A stretch of DNA of 64,000 nt. It comes from a virus. Each line of letters starts with the position of its first letter. Position 1 is the first letter of the stretch. This document shows, piece after piece, positions 27,773 through 39,100 of this stretch. The notes under the pieces are model-generated. The model did no database searches, was not told where the DNA came from, and worked only from the letters and a program-made list of their open reading frames with translations. Where the stretch lies: the IMG/VR virus record IMGVR_UViG_3300009496_000005, positions 1-64,000 of that record. One strand, given 5' to 3'. A program made the position numbers and the translations under genes.

Positions 27773-28027
27773 ATGTGGACTAAAATAAAAAACTTTTTCT
27801 ATACAGCATGGTATGAAGAATACGAACTTACTGTTTGGTTTGACAATGGAGTAACTGCAGATCCAGAAGGAACTGAGACTCCTAACCCTAAAAGCAAAAA
27901 GGTCTTTAGACTAAAAGCAATTAGTAAAAGGCAACCTACTCACATCAAAGGTAAGGAACTTGACGGCAAAGATTTTGAAATTAAAACTGTTAAGCCGTTT
28001 GATTTTATGCTAAGAAAGATATATTAG
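27773..28027 (+). CDS. late hypothetical protein
   Basis: TAAATA-N5-ATG. Confidence 0.7.
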   Translation: MWTKIKNFFYTAWYEEYELTVWFDNGVTADPEGTETPNPKSKKVFRLKAISKRQPTHIKGKELDGKDFEIKTVKPFDFMLRKIY

Positions 28028-28776
28028 GCTTCGCCGTATAATCTTAATACTTCAGCAACAGCAGGATGTCTTTCGATATCTGTGCTTCCAAACTCTATAC
28101 ATTTAATTGACTCAGAGCCTTTGGCTACTAGTCTGTCTATAAACATTTTTAATCCGTTGCTTTCATATCCTCTGTCATGCTGATTTAAGTCGCCTGTTAC
28201 TACAATTTTACTGCCCGTTCCTATACGAGTCAGTAACATTTTCATTTGACTATCAGTAGCATTTTGCATTTCGTCTGCAATTATAAACGCATTCTTAAAC
28301 GTTCGTCCTCTCATGTATGCCAATGGTGCTACTTCTACTTTGTTGTCGTTGATCATATACTCTATTTGTTCTGGCGAATAGTATTCCTCAAACACATCGA
28401 ATATAGGTCTCGTCCATGGTGCCATCTTTTCCATTAACGTGCCTGGTAAAAATCCATGTTGCTCGTCAACAGATACTGCTGGTCTCGTTACCACAAACTT
28501 ATCAATATTTGATTTTTTTAGTTGTTTGATTCCTGCTAATGTTGAGATTAGTGTTTTGCCTGTTCCTGCTGGTCCAACTGCAAACACTATGTTGATGTTG
28601 TTATCCTCTAAGTAACCAAGTAGGTTGTCTTGGTTGAAGTTACGAGGTATAATATTAACTTCTTTTTGTCGTGTTCTGGCTAGTGCGCCACCTTCTATTA
28701 CTCTCAAATAGTTATCTCCTTTGTTTTTTTGTTTTTTATACTTGTTACAATTCTGTTTCCTTTGCTTTCTGGACAT
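28024..28776 (-). CDS. phoH: PhoH-family ATPase
   Basis: GPAGTGKT, TRPAV, GFLPG, YMRGRTF, DEMQN, TGDLNQHD, RHP. Confidence 0.95.
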   Translation of the reverse strand: MSRKQRKQNCNKYKKQKNKGDNYLRVIEGGALARTRQKEVNIIPRNFNQDNLLGYLEDNNINIVFAVGPAGTGKTLISTLAGIKQLKKSNIDKFVVTRPAVSVDEQHGFLPGTLMEKMAPWTRPIFDVFEEYYSPEQIEYMINDNKVEVAPLAYMRGRTFKNAFIIADEMQNATDSQMKMLLTRIGTGSKIVVTGDLNQHDRGYESNGLKMFIDRLVAKGSESIKCIEFGSTDIERHPAVAEVLRLYGEA

Positions 28777-28796
28777 GTTTGCCTCCTTTGAGCCAT

Positions 28797-28828
28797 AAAA
28801 AAACCGTGTATGGGTTCCCCATCACGGT
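28797..28828 (-). terminator. terminator-like hairpin inside phoH 5' leader
   Basis: minus strand ACCGTG-ATGGG-GAA-CCCAT-A-CACGGT plus U-tract, about 10 nt upstream of the AGGAGG SD. Confidence 0.55.
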
Positions 28829-28986
28829 CGATTGTTTTATCTGTGTTCCAACTTTTTGTATGGTTGATTATCATATTACATAAAATATTTACTAAAAGTA
28901 AGAGGACCAAAAACAACGCAGTTTATAAGTCAATGTTGATTTAATATGGTAAATGGTTTTGATAAATAGTTGTAACGGAGATTTAT

Positions 28987-29547
28987 ATGACTATATCTAC
29001 AAAGATGTTAAACGATAGTATAAAGAAGATTAGTGACACTAATAGTCTTTTAGATATGCTATGCGAATTTGAAAAAGTAATAGACGATGCAGATGTATAT
29101 GCTTATAAGAATTGGGAAAAGGGAGAAATACTCGAAGGTCCTAACTTAGGTAGACACTTTGTTGACGTTAAACTATTATACAAAGGCAAAGAAATGCCAG
29201 ATCCAGAAGGAGCAAAAAGGTTACTTGCCCTAGAATGCCAAGTAAAATTTGATAAAGATACTTTGTTATCCCCTAGAAAAGTAATGACATTTGACGATGT
29301 GGATATAGATGTAAGACCAGATGGCAGTCAAAGATATAAAGCAAAAACAACTTCAGAACCATGTTGGGTAGTAAGTATTAGAATGCCAAGAAGGTATGTA
29401 GATGAATTTAATGCAGACGTTATTACTGTAGATGAAGACAACTATGTTGATACAGAAAAAGCACAAGATCAAGGCACAGCAAATGATATAGCAACTGGCA
29501 ATGCAGGAATACCAATGGCTCCCCCAATGGGCGGATTAGGAATATAA
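28987..29547 (+). CDS. conserved late hypothetical protein
   Basis: GATAAATA 28961 plus GGAG SD. Confidence 0.75.
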   Translation: MTISTKMLNDSIKKISDTNSLLDMLCEFEKVIDDADVYAYKNWEKGEILEGPNLGRHFVDVKLLYKGKEMPDPEGAKRLLALECQVKFDKDTLLSPRKVMTFDDVDIDVRPDGSQRYKAKTTSEPCWVVSIRMPRRYVDEFNADVITVDEDNYVDTEKAQDQGTANDIATGNAGIPMAPPMGGLGI

Positions 29548-29548
29548 A

Positions 29549-30340
29549 ATGGGTTTAAAGAGAAACGATTTAAAAGATACAGTTCTTAAAAGAATTAGTT
29601 TAGATGAGTTTCATCCTAAGACTGGAGACGAGAAAGACGTAGCAGTTATAGGATTTAGAGTAAGCCAGTCGGCTCCAGGTCAAGATTTATACAAGTTTCT
29701 AAATAGATCAGTAATAGAAACCAGAGATATAGAGGTTTCTCCTAATGCTAATGAAGATGGACACTACATGGTGTTTATAGAAATGGATAGAAACGAAAAA
29801 CTATTAGATAACATTAAAGCATTAGTCAAAGATGTTGAGCATGTATCAAGTAAGTTACCATGGAAGGTAACACTTCCTTACATAGAAGAAGATATAGGCT
29901 TACTAGATGAAGAATTATCAAACCATGTTCAAATAGATCCAGAGGCGTATCTTTCCGCATCAGAGTATAAAGACAAAATTGCTTCAGACCTAGAAGCATC
30001 ACAACTAGAACTAGAGCAGGCAGAAGCAATGAACAAATCAAATAAAATCTTAGAATTTTTAAAGAATACAAACATATTAGAAGCAGGAATAAATGATAGT
30101 AAACTACACATAAGAGGTAGTAATGATATTTACTCTGCTGAAATTATAAACTTTGGTAATGGTAAACAAGTTATGGAAGAGATTGGTATTTCAGAATCAG
30201 CAATCAGATATGACTATGAACCAGTTATGTTATCAAAGTTAAATAACATGCTAGGAGGTCTTAGAGCACTTCCAATTAACGAATACATAGTAATTTTCGA
30301 TAACGATAGTAAAGATATACTAGTAACAAAACCAGTATAG
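29549..30340 (+). CDS. hypothetical protein
   Basis: ORF in operon. Confidence 0.7.
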   Translation: MGLKRNDLKDTVLKRISLDEFHPKTGDEKDVAVIGFRVSQSAPGQDLYKFLNRSVIETRDIEVSPNANEDGHYMVFIEMDRNEKLLDNIKALVKDVEHVSSKLPWKVTLPYIEEDIGLLDEELSNHVQIDPEAYLSASEYKDKIASDLEASQLELEQAEAMNKSNKILEFLKNTNILEAGINDSKLHIRGSNDIYSAEIINFGNGKQVMEEIGISESAIRYDYEPVMLSKLNNMLGGLRALPINEYIVIFDNDSKDILVTKPV

Positions 30341-30351
30341 AGGACACAGAT

Positions 30352-30582
30352 ATGAATGAAACAGTATTGTCAGTATTAAAATCACACTTTGGATCAGACA
30401 AAGTGTTTGAACTTTCAACTAATATTATTGATGACCTTGGCGGTGACGAGTTTGATGTTGTCGATTTAATCGTTCAAATAGAAGAGAAGTTAGAGATATC
30501 AATACCTGAAGAGGAAACATTTGATATTATGACTGTGTCTGCTTTGAATGAGGTAGTTGAAAAACATGTTCAGTCAACTTAA
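30352..30582 (+). CDS. acyl carrier protein-like, lacking the conserved Ser
   Basis: DDLGGDEFDVVDLIVQIEEKLEISIPEEE aligns with DLGADSLDxVEL...EE...IPDE. Confidence 0.75.
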   Translation: MNETVLSVLKSHFGSDKVFELSTNIIDDLGGDEFDVVDLIVQIEEKLEISIPEEETFDIMTVSALNEVVEKHVQST

Positions 30583-31051
30583 ATTAATACTATTTTTTAT
30601 GTTGCTTTCCACAGCCGCTGGAGGCCTATGGTATGTGCAACATCTCAAATCAGAAAACGAAATCCTTACACTTAATAATGCAAAACTAAATGATGCTGTT
30701 GAGCAACAACAAGCAGTTATCGAGCAACAATTAAGAGACATAGAGTCTAAGACAGAAATAAATAAAATTTTAAACGAAAACAATGCTAAACTCACAGCAG
30801 ATTTAAACTTAGCAAATGAAAAGTTTAACAAGGTAAATGCTTCAGGTGAACGTAGAGATATAGGTAACTTGGCTCTGAGCAAGCCAAAGAGCATAGAAAG
30901 AATAGAACGTAAAAGAGAACAACAAAGAGCAAGGTGTTTTGAAATAGCACAAGGTTCGCCACTAACAGAGGAGGAGTTAAATGCAACTAAGAAATCGCAG
31001 ATTAATGCAGAATGCACTAATATTGCCAATCCTAACTATATTCCTTATTAG
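30566..31051 (+). CDS. putative inner-membrane spanin (Rz-like)
   Basis: N-terminal TM plus periplasmic coiled coil; overlaps lipoprotein gene. Confidence 0.6.
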   Translation: MFSQLKLILFFMLLSTAAGGLWYVQHLKSENEILTLNNAKLNDAVEQQQAVIEQQLRDIESKTEINKILNENNAKLTADLNLANEKFNKVNASGERRDIGNLALSKPKSIERIERKREQQRARCFEIAQGSPLTEEELNATKKSQINAECTNIANPNYIPY

Positions 31052-31424
31052 TGGTTGTGCAACAACTAGTCCATTAGAAGTCTTTACTAAAGAAGTGAAA
31101 CGCATACCTTTAAATTTAGAACTTCCTCCAGTTGAAACACTAGAGCAAGTAAATCTTATTATTGTTACAAGTGAAAACCAAGAAGAAGTATTTGCTAAAA
31201 TGAAAGAAGCAAATATTGATCCTGTAATATTTGGTTACAGTGATCAGGATTGGGAACTTGTAACTAAAAACAATGTAAGAATGCGTAATCAAATTATAAA
31301 ACTTAGAGCAATTATAGAAGCATACAAAGAATATTACGAGCCTGAAGAGCAAGAAGGCAAGAGTAATATGTTTAATTTATCTAATGAAGAGTTTACGCCA
31401 AAAAAACTTACAAAAGACGATTAA
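30981..31424 (+). CDS. putative outer-membrane spanin lipoprotein (Rz1-like)
   Basis: GAGGAGG SD; lipobox ISGC after hydrophobic stretch. Confidence 0.6.
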   Translation: MQLRNRRLMQNALILPILTIFLISGCATTSPLEVFTKEVKRIPLNLELPPVETLEQVNLIIVTSENQEEVFAKMKEANIDPVIFGYSDQDWELVTKNNVRMRNQIIKLRAIIEAYKEYYEPEEQEGKSNMFNLSNEEFTPKKLTKDD

Positions 31425-31462
31425 CACTTGACATTTAGCATTTAACCCTGTATAATACATTT

Positions 31463-32275
31463 ATGGATTACTATGAAACACTTGGGGTTAATCACACCAC
31501 AACCCCAAAGGAAATAAAAAAAGCATACCGCAAACTTGCTAGTAAACATCATCCTGATAAAGGTGGTGATGCTGAACAATTCAAAAAGATCCAAGAAGCA
31601 TACGACACTCTAAGTGACCCACAAAAGAAACAACAATACGATAATCCAGATCCGTTTGCAAACTTTCGAGGCGGTAATCCATTTGGCACAGGCAACTTTC
31701 AAGATATATTTACAGATATATTTGGCCAACGCAGGCAACCTCAACGCAATCCGGATGGCATATTTGATATGGAAATAACTTTACAAGATGCTTTTCTAGG
31801 TAAAGAAATGACATTAAGCACACCAGAAGGTAGTGTTAATATAACTATACCCGCAGGTGTTAGACCAGGCACCAAGTTTAGGCTAGCCGGCAAGGCTGGT
31901 AGTAGGATTCCTCACTTGCCACCTGGCGACTTAATTGTTAGACTACATATTCAAAGTCCACGTGAATGGGGTAGAGAAGGAGATGACTTATTCATTAGAG
32001 CAGAAGTAAATGCTATAGAGGCCATGCGAGGTAGTTCTATACGAATTATACATTTAGATGGCAAACAATATGATGTTACTATACCAGCAGGAACACAACC
32101 TGATGCTAAGATCAGAATGGCAGGATTAGGTATGACTAATCCAGGCAATGGTATAGCAGGCAATCTAATTATAATAGTTGCTATCCATGTGCCCACAATC
32201 ACAGATAATAATGACATAGAACTTTTAAATAAAATTAATAACAGAGAAAAGGACAACCGTAGGAGTTACAAATAA
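31463..32275 (+). CDS. dnaJ: DnaJ/CbpA-like chaperone (no zinc finger)
   Basis: J domain HHPDKGG; C-terminal GDL substrate-binding domains. Confidence 0.92.
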   Translation: MDYYETLGVNHTTTPKEIKKAYRKLASKHHPDKGGDAEQFKKIQEAYDTLSDPQKKQQYDNPDPFANFRGGNPFGTGNFQDIFTDIFGQRRQPQRNPDGIFDMEITLQDAFLGKEMTLSTPEGSVNITIPAGVRPGTKFRLAGKAGSRIPHLPPGDLIVRLHIQSPREWGREGDDLFIRAEVNAIEAMRGSSIRIIHLDGKQYDVTIPAGTQPDAKIRMAGLGMTNPGNGIAGNLIIIVAIHVPTITDNNDIELLNKINNREKDNRRSYK

Positions 32276-32278
32276 TAA

Positions 32279-34465
32279 ATGGACAGTAGTAATATCGATA
32301 AGATTATAGAAAGTAGTGTTGAACGTGCAAAGGTAATGAATCATGAGTATTGCACATTAGAGCATGTTACCCTTAGTTTATTAGAACATAAAAAGATTGT
32401 GGATTTATTAGATAGTTTACAAATTGAAACTAACAAAATTAAAGAGGACTTAGATACATATTTAAATGATGTAGATTTTAATGGTCTAGCCACAACTAAT
32501 GGATACAAAGGTGCTCCTAAAAAAACTACAGCAATTGAAAGAGTATTCCAACGTGGACTGGCCCAAGTTATATTTGGAGGCCGTGAGAAGATAGATCCTG
32601 TAGATTTATTAGTTAGTATTTTATCTGAGGATGAATGTATATCAAAATACTATATGGAACTAAATGGATTAACTAAATTTGTTATAGTTAATTATATTGA
32701 TTCTAAATTTAAGAATGCCAAGAATGCAGAACTTATAGAAGAATACACAAAGAACTTAAACGAAGAAGCCATTAAGAAAAACATTGATCCTCTAATAGGT
32801 AGAAACGAAGAAGTAAATGATTTAGTTCATATACTTGCTAGACGTAAAAAGAATAATGTGTGTATTGTAGGAGAGCCAGGAACAGGTAAAACTGCTATTG
32901 CAGAAGGACTTGCGAAACGTATTGTTGATGATCAAGTTCCTTCTATGTTAAGAAACAAAGTTGTTTACAGTTTAGCAGTAGGAGACTTACTAGCAGGCAC
33001 ACGATACAGAGGAGACTTTGAAGAACGACTTAAGGCTGTATTAGATAACTTATCAGACAACCCAAATGCTATTTTGTTTATAGATGAAATACATATGATC
33101 ATGGGAGCAGGTAGTGCCGGTGGTAGTAGTGTAGACATTGCTAATATGATTAAGCCTGTATTAGGTAGAGGTAAACTATTAACAATAGGTGCAACGACAC
33201 CAGATGAATTTGCTAATACGTTTGAAAAAGATAGAGCATTGCTAAGACGTTTTGCTAGATTAGATATAGAACAAACTTCAGTTGAAGATACAAAAGAGAT
33301 ACTTAACGGACTGCAAACCTACTACGAAAAATTCCATGTAATTAAATATCCAAATGGCATAGTGGATAAAATTGTAGACTTAACAGACAGATATATTAAA
33401 AACAAATACTTCCCTGACAAAGCATTAGATGTTATGGATGCCGCAGGTGCTAAAGTAAAACTAGCAGGTAGACAAGAAGTAGAACTCAGTGACATTGTAA
33501 GTGTAGTTAGTAAAATATCTAAAGTAACAGCAGACTTAGTTGATGTAGAAAAGAAAGACGGCTATGTTAATTTAGATAGTAGAATAAAAGAAATTGTTTA
33601 CGGACAAGACAACGCAGTAGATACAATAGTAGAAGCAATACTAGTTGCTAAAGCAGGACTAAGAGAAAAGAATAAACCAATTGGGTCATTCTTGTTTGTT
33701 GGACCAACAGGAACAGGTAAAACTGAAACTGCTAGAGCATTAGCAAAACAAATGGAAAGCAAACTTGTTAAGTTTGATATGTCAGAGTATCAAGAACGTC
33801 ATAGTGTGAGTAAACTGATTGGTGCTCCTCCAGGATATGTAGGACATGCTGAAGGTAAAATGGGTCAAGGACAATTACTTGCAGAAGTAGAAGAGAGTCC
33901 TAATTGTGTTGTGCTACTGGACGAAGTAGAGAAAGCCGCACCAGAAGTATTACAAGTATTGCTACAAGTAATGGACGATGGTAAACTTACAGGTGCTACT
34001 GGTAAAGTTGTAGACTTTAGTAATGTTATATTATTAATGACAAGTAACTTAGGTGCCACAGATGCAGAAACATTAAAGATTGGGTTTGGTGATCAAACTA
34101 AAACTAAAGCAGTTGAAAAAGCAATAGAAAAATTCTTTACTCCAGAGTTTAGAAACAGACTGGATGCAGTTGTTAAATTTAATAAACTAGATCCTGCACT
34201 GATGCTTAAAATTGTAGACAGGCTTGTTGCTGAAACAAATGTATTACTTAATGAGAACGAATCAAATGTTGTTATTAAACTAAGTGATGTTGCTAGACAA
34301 CAATTAGCAGATGATGGTTATGAACCTACTATGGGTGCAAGACCGTTGAAGAGAGTATTTGAAGACAAAATTAAAAAGCCACTCAGTAAAAAGATTCTAT
34401 TTGAAGATTTAACTAATACTGATTTAATAATAGATTATATAGAAGAAGAGTATAGGATTGTATAA
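32279..34465 (+). CDS. clpA: ClpA-type AAA+ chaperone
   Basis: two Walker A motifs (GEPGTGKT, GPTGTGKT), LIGAPPGYVG, KIGF loop, no ClpB middle domain. Confidence 0.88.
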   Translation: MDSSNIDKIIESSVERAKVMNHEYCTLEHVTLSLLEHKKIVDLLDSLQIETNKIKEDLDTYLNDVDFNGLATTNGYKGAPKKTTAIERVFQRGLAQVIFGGREKIDPVDLLVSILSEDECISKYYMELNGLTKFVIVNYIDSKFKNAKNAELIEEYTKNLNEEAIKKNIDPLIGRNEEVNDLVHILARRKKNNVCIVGEPGTGKTAIAEGLAKRIVDDQVPSMLRNKVVYSLAVGDLLAGTRYRGDFEERLKAVLDNLSDNPNAILFIDEIHMIMGAGSAGGSSVDIANMIKPVLGRGKLLTIGATTPDEFANTFEKDRALLRRFARLDIEQTSVEDTKEILNGLQTYYEKFHVIKYPNGIVDKIVDLTDRYIKNKYFPDKALDVMDAAGAKVKLAGRQEVELSDIVSVVSKISKVTADLVDVEKKDGYVNLDSRIKEIVYGQDNAVDTIVEAILVAKAGLREKNKPIGSFLFVGPTGTGKTETARALAKQMESKLVKFDMSEYQERHSVSKLIGAPPGYVGHAEGKMGQGQLLAEVEESPNCVVLLDEVEKAAPEVLQVLLQVMDDGKLTGATGKVVDFSNVILLMTSNLGATDAETLKIGFGDQTKTKAVEKAIEKFFTPEFRNRLDAVVKFNKLDPALMLKIVDRLVAETNVLLNENESNVVIKLSDVARQQLADDGYEPTMGARPLKRVFEDKIKKPLSKKILFEDLTNTDLIIDYIEEEYRIV

Positions 34466-34466
34466 A

Positions 34467-35162
34467 ATGGGATGGTTAGTAGATAAGTTTAAGAATTCAA
34501 AAATATTAGAACAAGGCGACTTCCCAGGAATGACTTTGCTACCTAGTCTAACAATCTTTTACGATGAGTATCCATACAGAGTTGCAATCAAAGGTAATAG
34601 GATTGCATACGATATTAAACTAATGGCTGACTTAGAAATTTTTCTTAGAACAAATACTGTAGGCAGATATAGATTTCAATCTACATCAAGAAACAATTAT
34701 TTGTATTTAGAATACATAAGTGATTTAAAAATATTAAATACTTCTAGTTTTATTGCTGATAATGGAATCAAAGATTTGTTTGTAAGTTTTACAGGTCCTT
34801 TATCAGAAGCACATAGAGATGCTATAATTGGTGCAGACACAAAAACAGAAGTTAGGCCAGCATTATATTTTGGAAAGTTTGATAGAAAACTATCATTTAG
34901 AAGTTACTCTCCTTCTTGGCTATCAGGCACAAATAAACAACAAGACCACCAAGAAGTTATAAAAGAGATGAGCAACTTTCTAAAAGATAATTTAACAGAA
35001 GGTGAAGAATACATGTGGTATAAAAAATATCATACATATTCTAGTAATTTTCTGTATCTTAAAGATAAAGTTTGGCAAGAGATAGGAGGATACTTTTTAT
35101 TACAGTTTAGTGACGTTGTAGATACAAATGTAAAAGTAGTTCCTCCAAGCGATGTTATATAA
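34467..35162 (+). CDS. hypothetical protein
   Basis: ORF downstream of clpA. Confidence 0.6.
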   Translation: MGWLVDKFKNSKILEQGDFPGMTLLPSLTIFYDEYPYRVAIKGNRIAYDIKLMADLEIFLRTNTVGRYRFQSTSRNNYLYLEYISDLKILNTSSFIADNGIKDLFVSFTGPLSEAHRDAIIGADTKTEVRPALYFGKFDRKLSFRSYSPSWLSGTNKQQDHQEVIKEMSNFLKDNLTEGEEYMWYKKYHTYSSNFLYLKDKVWQEIGGYFLLQFSDVVDTNVKVVPPSDVI

Positions 35163-35196
35163 ATAACAATAGTTAAAAGATTATACAGGAGAAATA

Positions 35197-35664
35197 ATGT
35201 TTTTTAAAGATACAAAACTGGACAGAGAAGCAGTTTTTGAGCAACTTAAAATAGACGAAGGAGTAGTAAATGAAATCTACCTCGACCACCTTGGGTATCC
35301 AACATTTGGTGTCGGGCATCTCGTCCTTGAGACAGACCCGGAACACGGACAAGCAGTTGGAACGCCGGTTGATGAAGACAGAGTCAAAGAGTGCTTTGAA
35401 AAAGACCTTGACACAGCAATCAGTGAGTGTGAGTTACTATACGAAGAAGGGGTATTTGGAGACTTACCAGACGAAGTCCAGCAGATCTTGGTTAATATGA
35501 TGTTCAATATGGGCAGAACAAGACTAAGCAAGTTTAAAAAGATGCATGCCGCAATCATTAAAGAAGATTGGAAAACTGCCGCAGTAGAAGGTAGAGATTC
35601 AAGATGGCACAAACAAGTTACTAACCGTGCTGAACGTTTAATGGAAAGGCTAGAGCAAGTCTAA
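35197..35664 (+). CDS. T4-type lysozyme (GH24)
   Basis: DEG...YLDHLGYPTFGVGH; NMMFNMG; SRWHKQVTNRA; TATAAATA at 35158. Confidence 0.92.
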   Translation: MFFKDTKLDREAVFEQLKIDEGVVNEIYLDHLGYPTFGVGHLVLETDPEHGQAVGTPVDEDRVKECFEKDLDTAISECELLYEEGVFGDLPDEVQQILVNMMFNMGRTRLSKFKKMHAAIIKEDWKTAAVEGRDSRWHKQVTNRAERLMERLEQV

Positions 35665-35699
35665 AGATTGATAAATAGTTATATAACTAGGGAATCAAT

Positions 35700-36128
35700 A
35701 TGCCAGTAAATAGAAAATCAGTTCAATTAATGAGTGCATCAGGCACTTCTATGAACAAAACAAGTGAAAAAGTCAGAGGTGATAACTATTACGGATATAC
35801 TGATGGCTTCCATACTTTGCAGGTTACATACGCAAATTATGTTGGACGATTTAGAATACAAGGCACTCTAGTGCTAGAACCTGCAGAAACAGACTGGATA
35901 GACATAGTTGTTTCACCCTCAGAAGGTTTATACGCCGGTTCAACTCCTTGGAATGGCGACGGATATGTGCAGTTTAACGCAGACAAACCAGGCGTAAAAT
36001 CAGAAGCATACAGTTTCTATGGAAACTTTGCATGGATTAGGTGCAAAGTAGACAGAGCTCACATAGGTGACGGCGAAACCTATGATACTTCATACGGTCA
36101 AGTAACTAGAATACTTCTTTCAGCATAA
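35700..36128 (+). CDS. putative virion structural protein
   Basis: late promoter 35670; beta-rich; upstream of fibre genes. Confidence 0.55.
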   Translation: MPVNRKSVQLMSASGTSMNKTSEKVRGDNYYGYTDGFHTLQVTYANYVGRFRIQGTLVLEPAETDWIDIVVSPSEGLYAGSTPWNGDGYVQFNADKPGVKSEAYSFYGNFAWIRCKVDRAHIGDGETYDTSYGQVTRILLSA

Positions 36129-36177
36129 TTTGATAAATAGTGTAGTAACTACACGATAATTATGACTGGAAAACCAT

Positions 36178-39100
36178 ATGGCAAATACAATAATTGAATT
36201 AAACGATACCCCTAGCAGTTATTCGCTTTCTGCAAATAAATTTCTACGAGTAAACAGCGACGGTAACGCAGTTCAATTCTGGGATATTAAATTAGATTAT
36301 TTAGAAGATGTAGAGGCATCTAATGCCTATGCTCCTAGTGTTGGGCAATCATTAGTTTACACAGCAGATGGTAAATGGCGTCCAAGCACACTAGATATTT
36401 ACTCAGCAGGTAATGGTCTTAACAAATCAGCATTAACATTAAACGTAACAGCAGGAGCAGGCGGTGGCTTAGTTGCAAACACCAGTGGTGTTTTTATATC
36501 AGACATTGCAAACGTTTCAGGCACATACGGTAATGCTACACATGTTCCAGCAATAACAGTTAATTCTAAAGGACAAGTAACATCAGTTACTCCAACTTTA
36601 ATCACAGCCTCACAGGCTACTACAATAACAAATAGTTTTGTAGGCAATGTAGTTGGAACATCAGGACAAATTAGTGTAACTGGTGGCACAGGTAACAACA
36701 GTAATGCAACTCTTAATTTAGTTGCTACAGGCGTAACAGCCGCAACATACGGTAATGCTACAACTGTTCCTCAAATAACAGTTGATACATACGGACGAAT
36801 TCAAAACGTTGACTTAATAACAGTAAGCGGCGGTGGTGGCGGAGCAGGAAATGTAAATACAGCATTCAAACATATTGCTGTATCAGGTCAAACTAACATT
36901 AGTGCAGACGCGGCAGAAGATACTTTAACATTGGTAGGCGCAGGAGGCATTAGTCTAACAACTGATGCTGGAACTGATACACTTACTATTACTGGTAATT
37001 CATCAGCAATAGTAGGTGCTTCAGGCATTAATGCTTTAAGTGATATAGATACTACCGGCGTTACTAATGGACAAGTATTAGTTTATAACTCTTCAACAAG
37101 CAAGTTTGAAGCAGGCACACCTGTAACAACATTGGCTAACAGTGGTGTAACAGCAGGAACATACGGTAGTAGCACTAATAGTGCTAGAATTGTAGTTAAT
37201 GAAAAAGGTATCATCACAGGCATAAGTGAACAGGCTATACCACAAGGTGATATTACAGAAGTAATTGCTGGTGCAGGTCTTAATGGTGGCGGAACTACTG
37301 GTAGTGTTACTCTTAATATAGAGAACACAGGAATAACTGCTGGAACATATGGTAACGCAAGTGTTTATCCTGCTATTACAGTTAATTCAAGAGGGCAGAT
37401 AACAAGTGTAAGTAACATAGCAGTCTCAGGAGGAGGCGGTGGAGGTTCTGATCAGAACCTATCATGGAACGCAGGTTCAAGCCAATTAACAATTAGTGGT
37501 GGTAATACTGTAGACCTATCAACATTAAACAACGTAGTTAACGATACTACTCCGCAGTTAGGTGGTTCATTAGATGTTAATGGACAAAGCATTGTAAGTG
37601 TTTCTAATGGTAACATATCTATTACACCAAATGGAACAGGTAAGATTATATTAGATGGTTTAAGTTGGCCAACAGCAGATGGCACAGCAAACTATGTTTT
37701 ACAAACAGATGGTGCAGGACAGTTAAGTTGGGTAGCACAATCAGGGTCATATGATAATACATCAGTTGATACACACTTAAACGTAAGTGGTGCAAGTGCT
37801 AGTCAAGTATTAAGTTGGAATGGAAGTGATTATGCTTGGGTGGCTCAAACAGACACTGATGCACAAGACTTATCAATAAGTGGAAACGTAATAAGTCTAA
37901 CAGGACAATCTGGTAACGTAGATTTAACATCAGCATTAGCATCAGTAACAAGTAGTTACGGTGACAGTAATGTTGCAAGTTATTTGTCAGCACAAGGTTA
38001 TGCAACGCAGGCTACTATTGTAGCGGCAATTACAGATAGTGCTCCAGCAACATTAGATACCTTAAACGAATTAGCGGCGGCACTAGGTGACGATCCAAAC
38101 TTTGCAACCACAATAACAAATTCAATAGCCACTAAGGCTAATACAAGTTCACTGGCCACAGTAGCAACCAGTGGAGTTTATACAGATTTAACAAGCAGAC
38201 CTACTATATCATTAAGTGGTAGTGACCTAACATATGATGGCACTACATTAGATTTAACTGGAGTAGGTGCTGTAGGACCACAGGGTAATGTAGGTGCAGA
38301 CGGAGTTAGTGTAACTAACGCAAGTTTAAGCACAAACGATCTTATAATTACTCTAAGTAATGCTTCAACAATAAACGCAGGTAATGTAAGAGGACCAGTA
38401 GGACCACAAGGAGCCGCAGGAACAAACGGAACAAACGGAACAAACGGAACAAACGGAACAGATGGTGTTAGCATTACTAATACGGCAATAGTAGGAAGTA
38501 ACTTAGTTATAACACTTTCAAATACTTCTACTATTGATGCAGGTAATATTAGAGGACCAGTAGGACCAACTGGACCTGCAGGAGCCGATGGAGCCGTAGA
38601 CCAAACATTAAGCATATCAGGTAATGTAATTACAATTAGTGGTAATAACGACACAGTAGATTTAACTACTATGTTAGCACCATATAGCAAAACAGATACT
38701 GATGCACAAGATTTAAGTTTAAGTGGCAACGTAATTAGTTTAACAGGACAAAGTGGTAATGTTGATTTAACCTCGTTACTAGTTGCAAACATCTATACAA
38801 ACTCAGATGTTGATACACACTTAAATACTAGTGGTGCAAGTTCAGGACAAGTATTAACTTGGAACGGAAGTGATTATTCTTGGACAGAAAAAACAACTGA
38901 TACAGATACTGATGCACAAAATTTAAGTTTAAGTGGCAACGTAATTAGTTTAACAGGACAATCAGGTAATGTTGACTTAACATCACTACTTGCTACATAC
39001 AATACTGATGCTCAAGATTTAACCATAAGTGGTAATGTTATTAGTTTAACAGGGCAAAGTGGTAATGTTGATTTAACAAGTTTACTATCAGGTAGTGGCG

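Noticed and set aside
37850-39085. DGR template/variable repeat pair
   Set aside because: Repeats are in-frame protein modules with synonymous differences, not adenine-specific; no reverse transcriptase in the window
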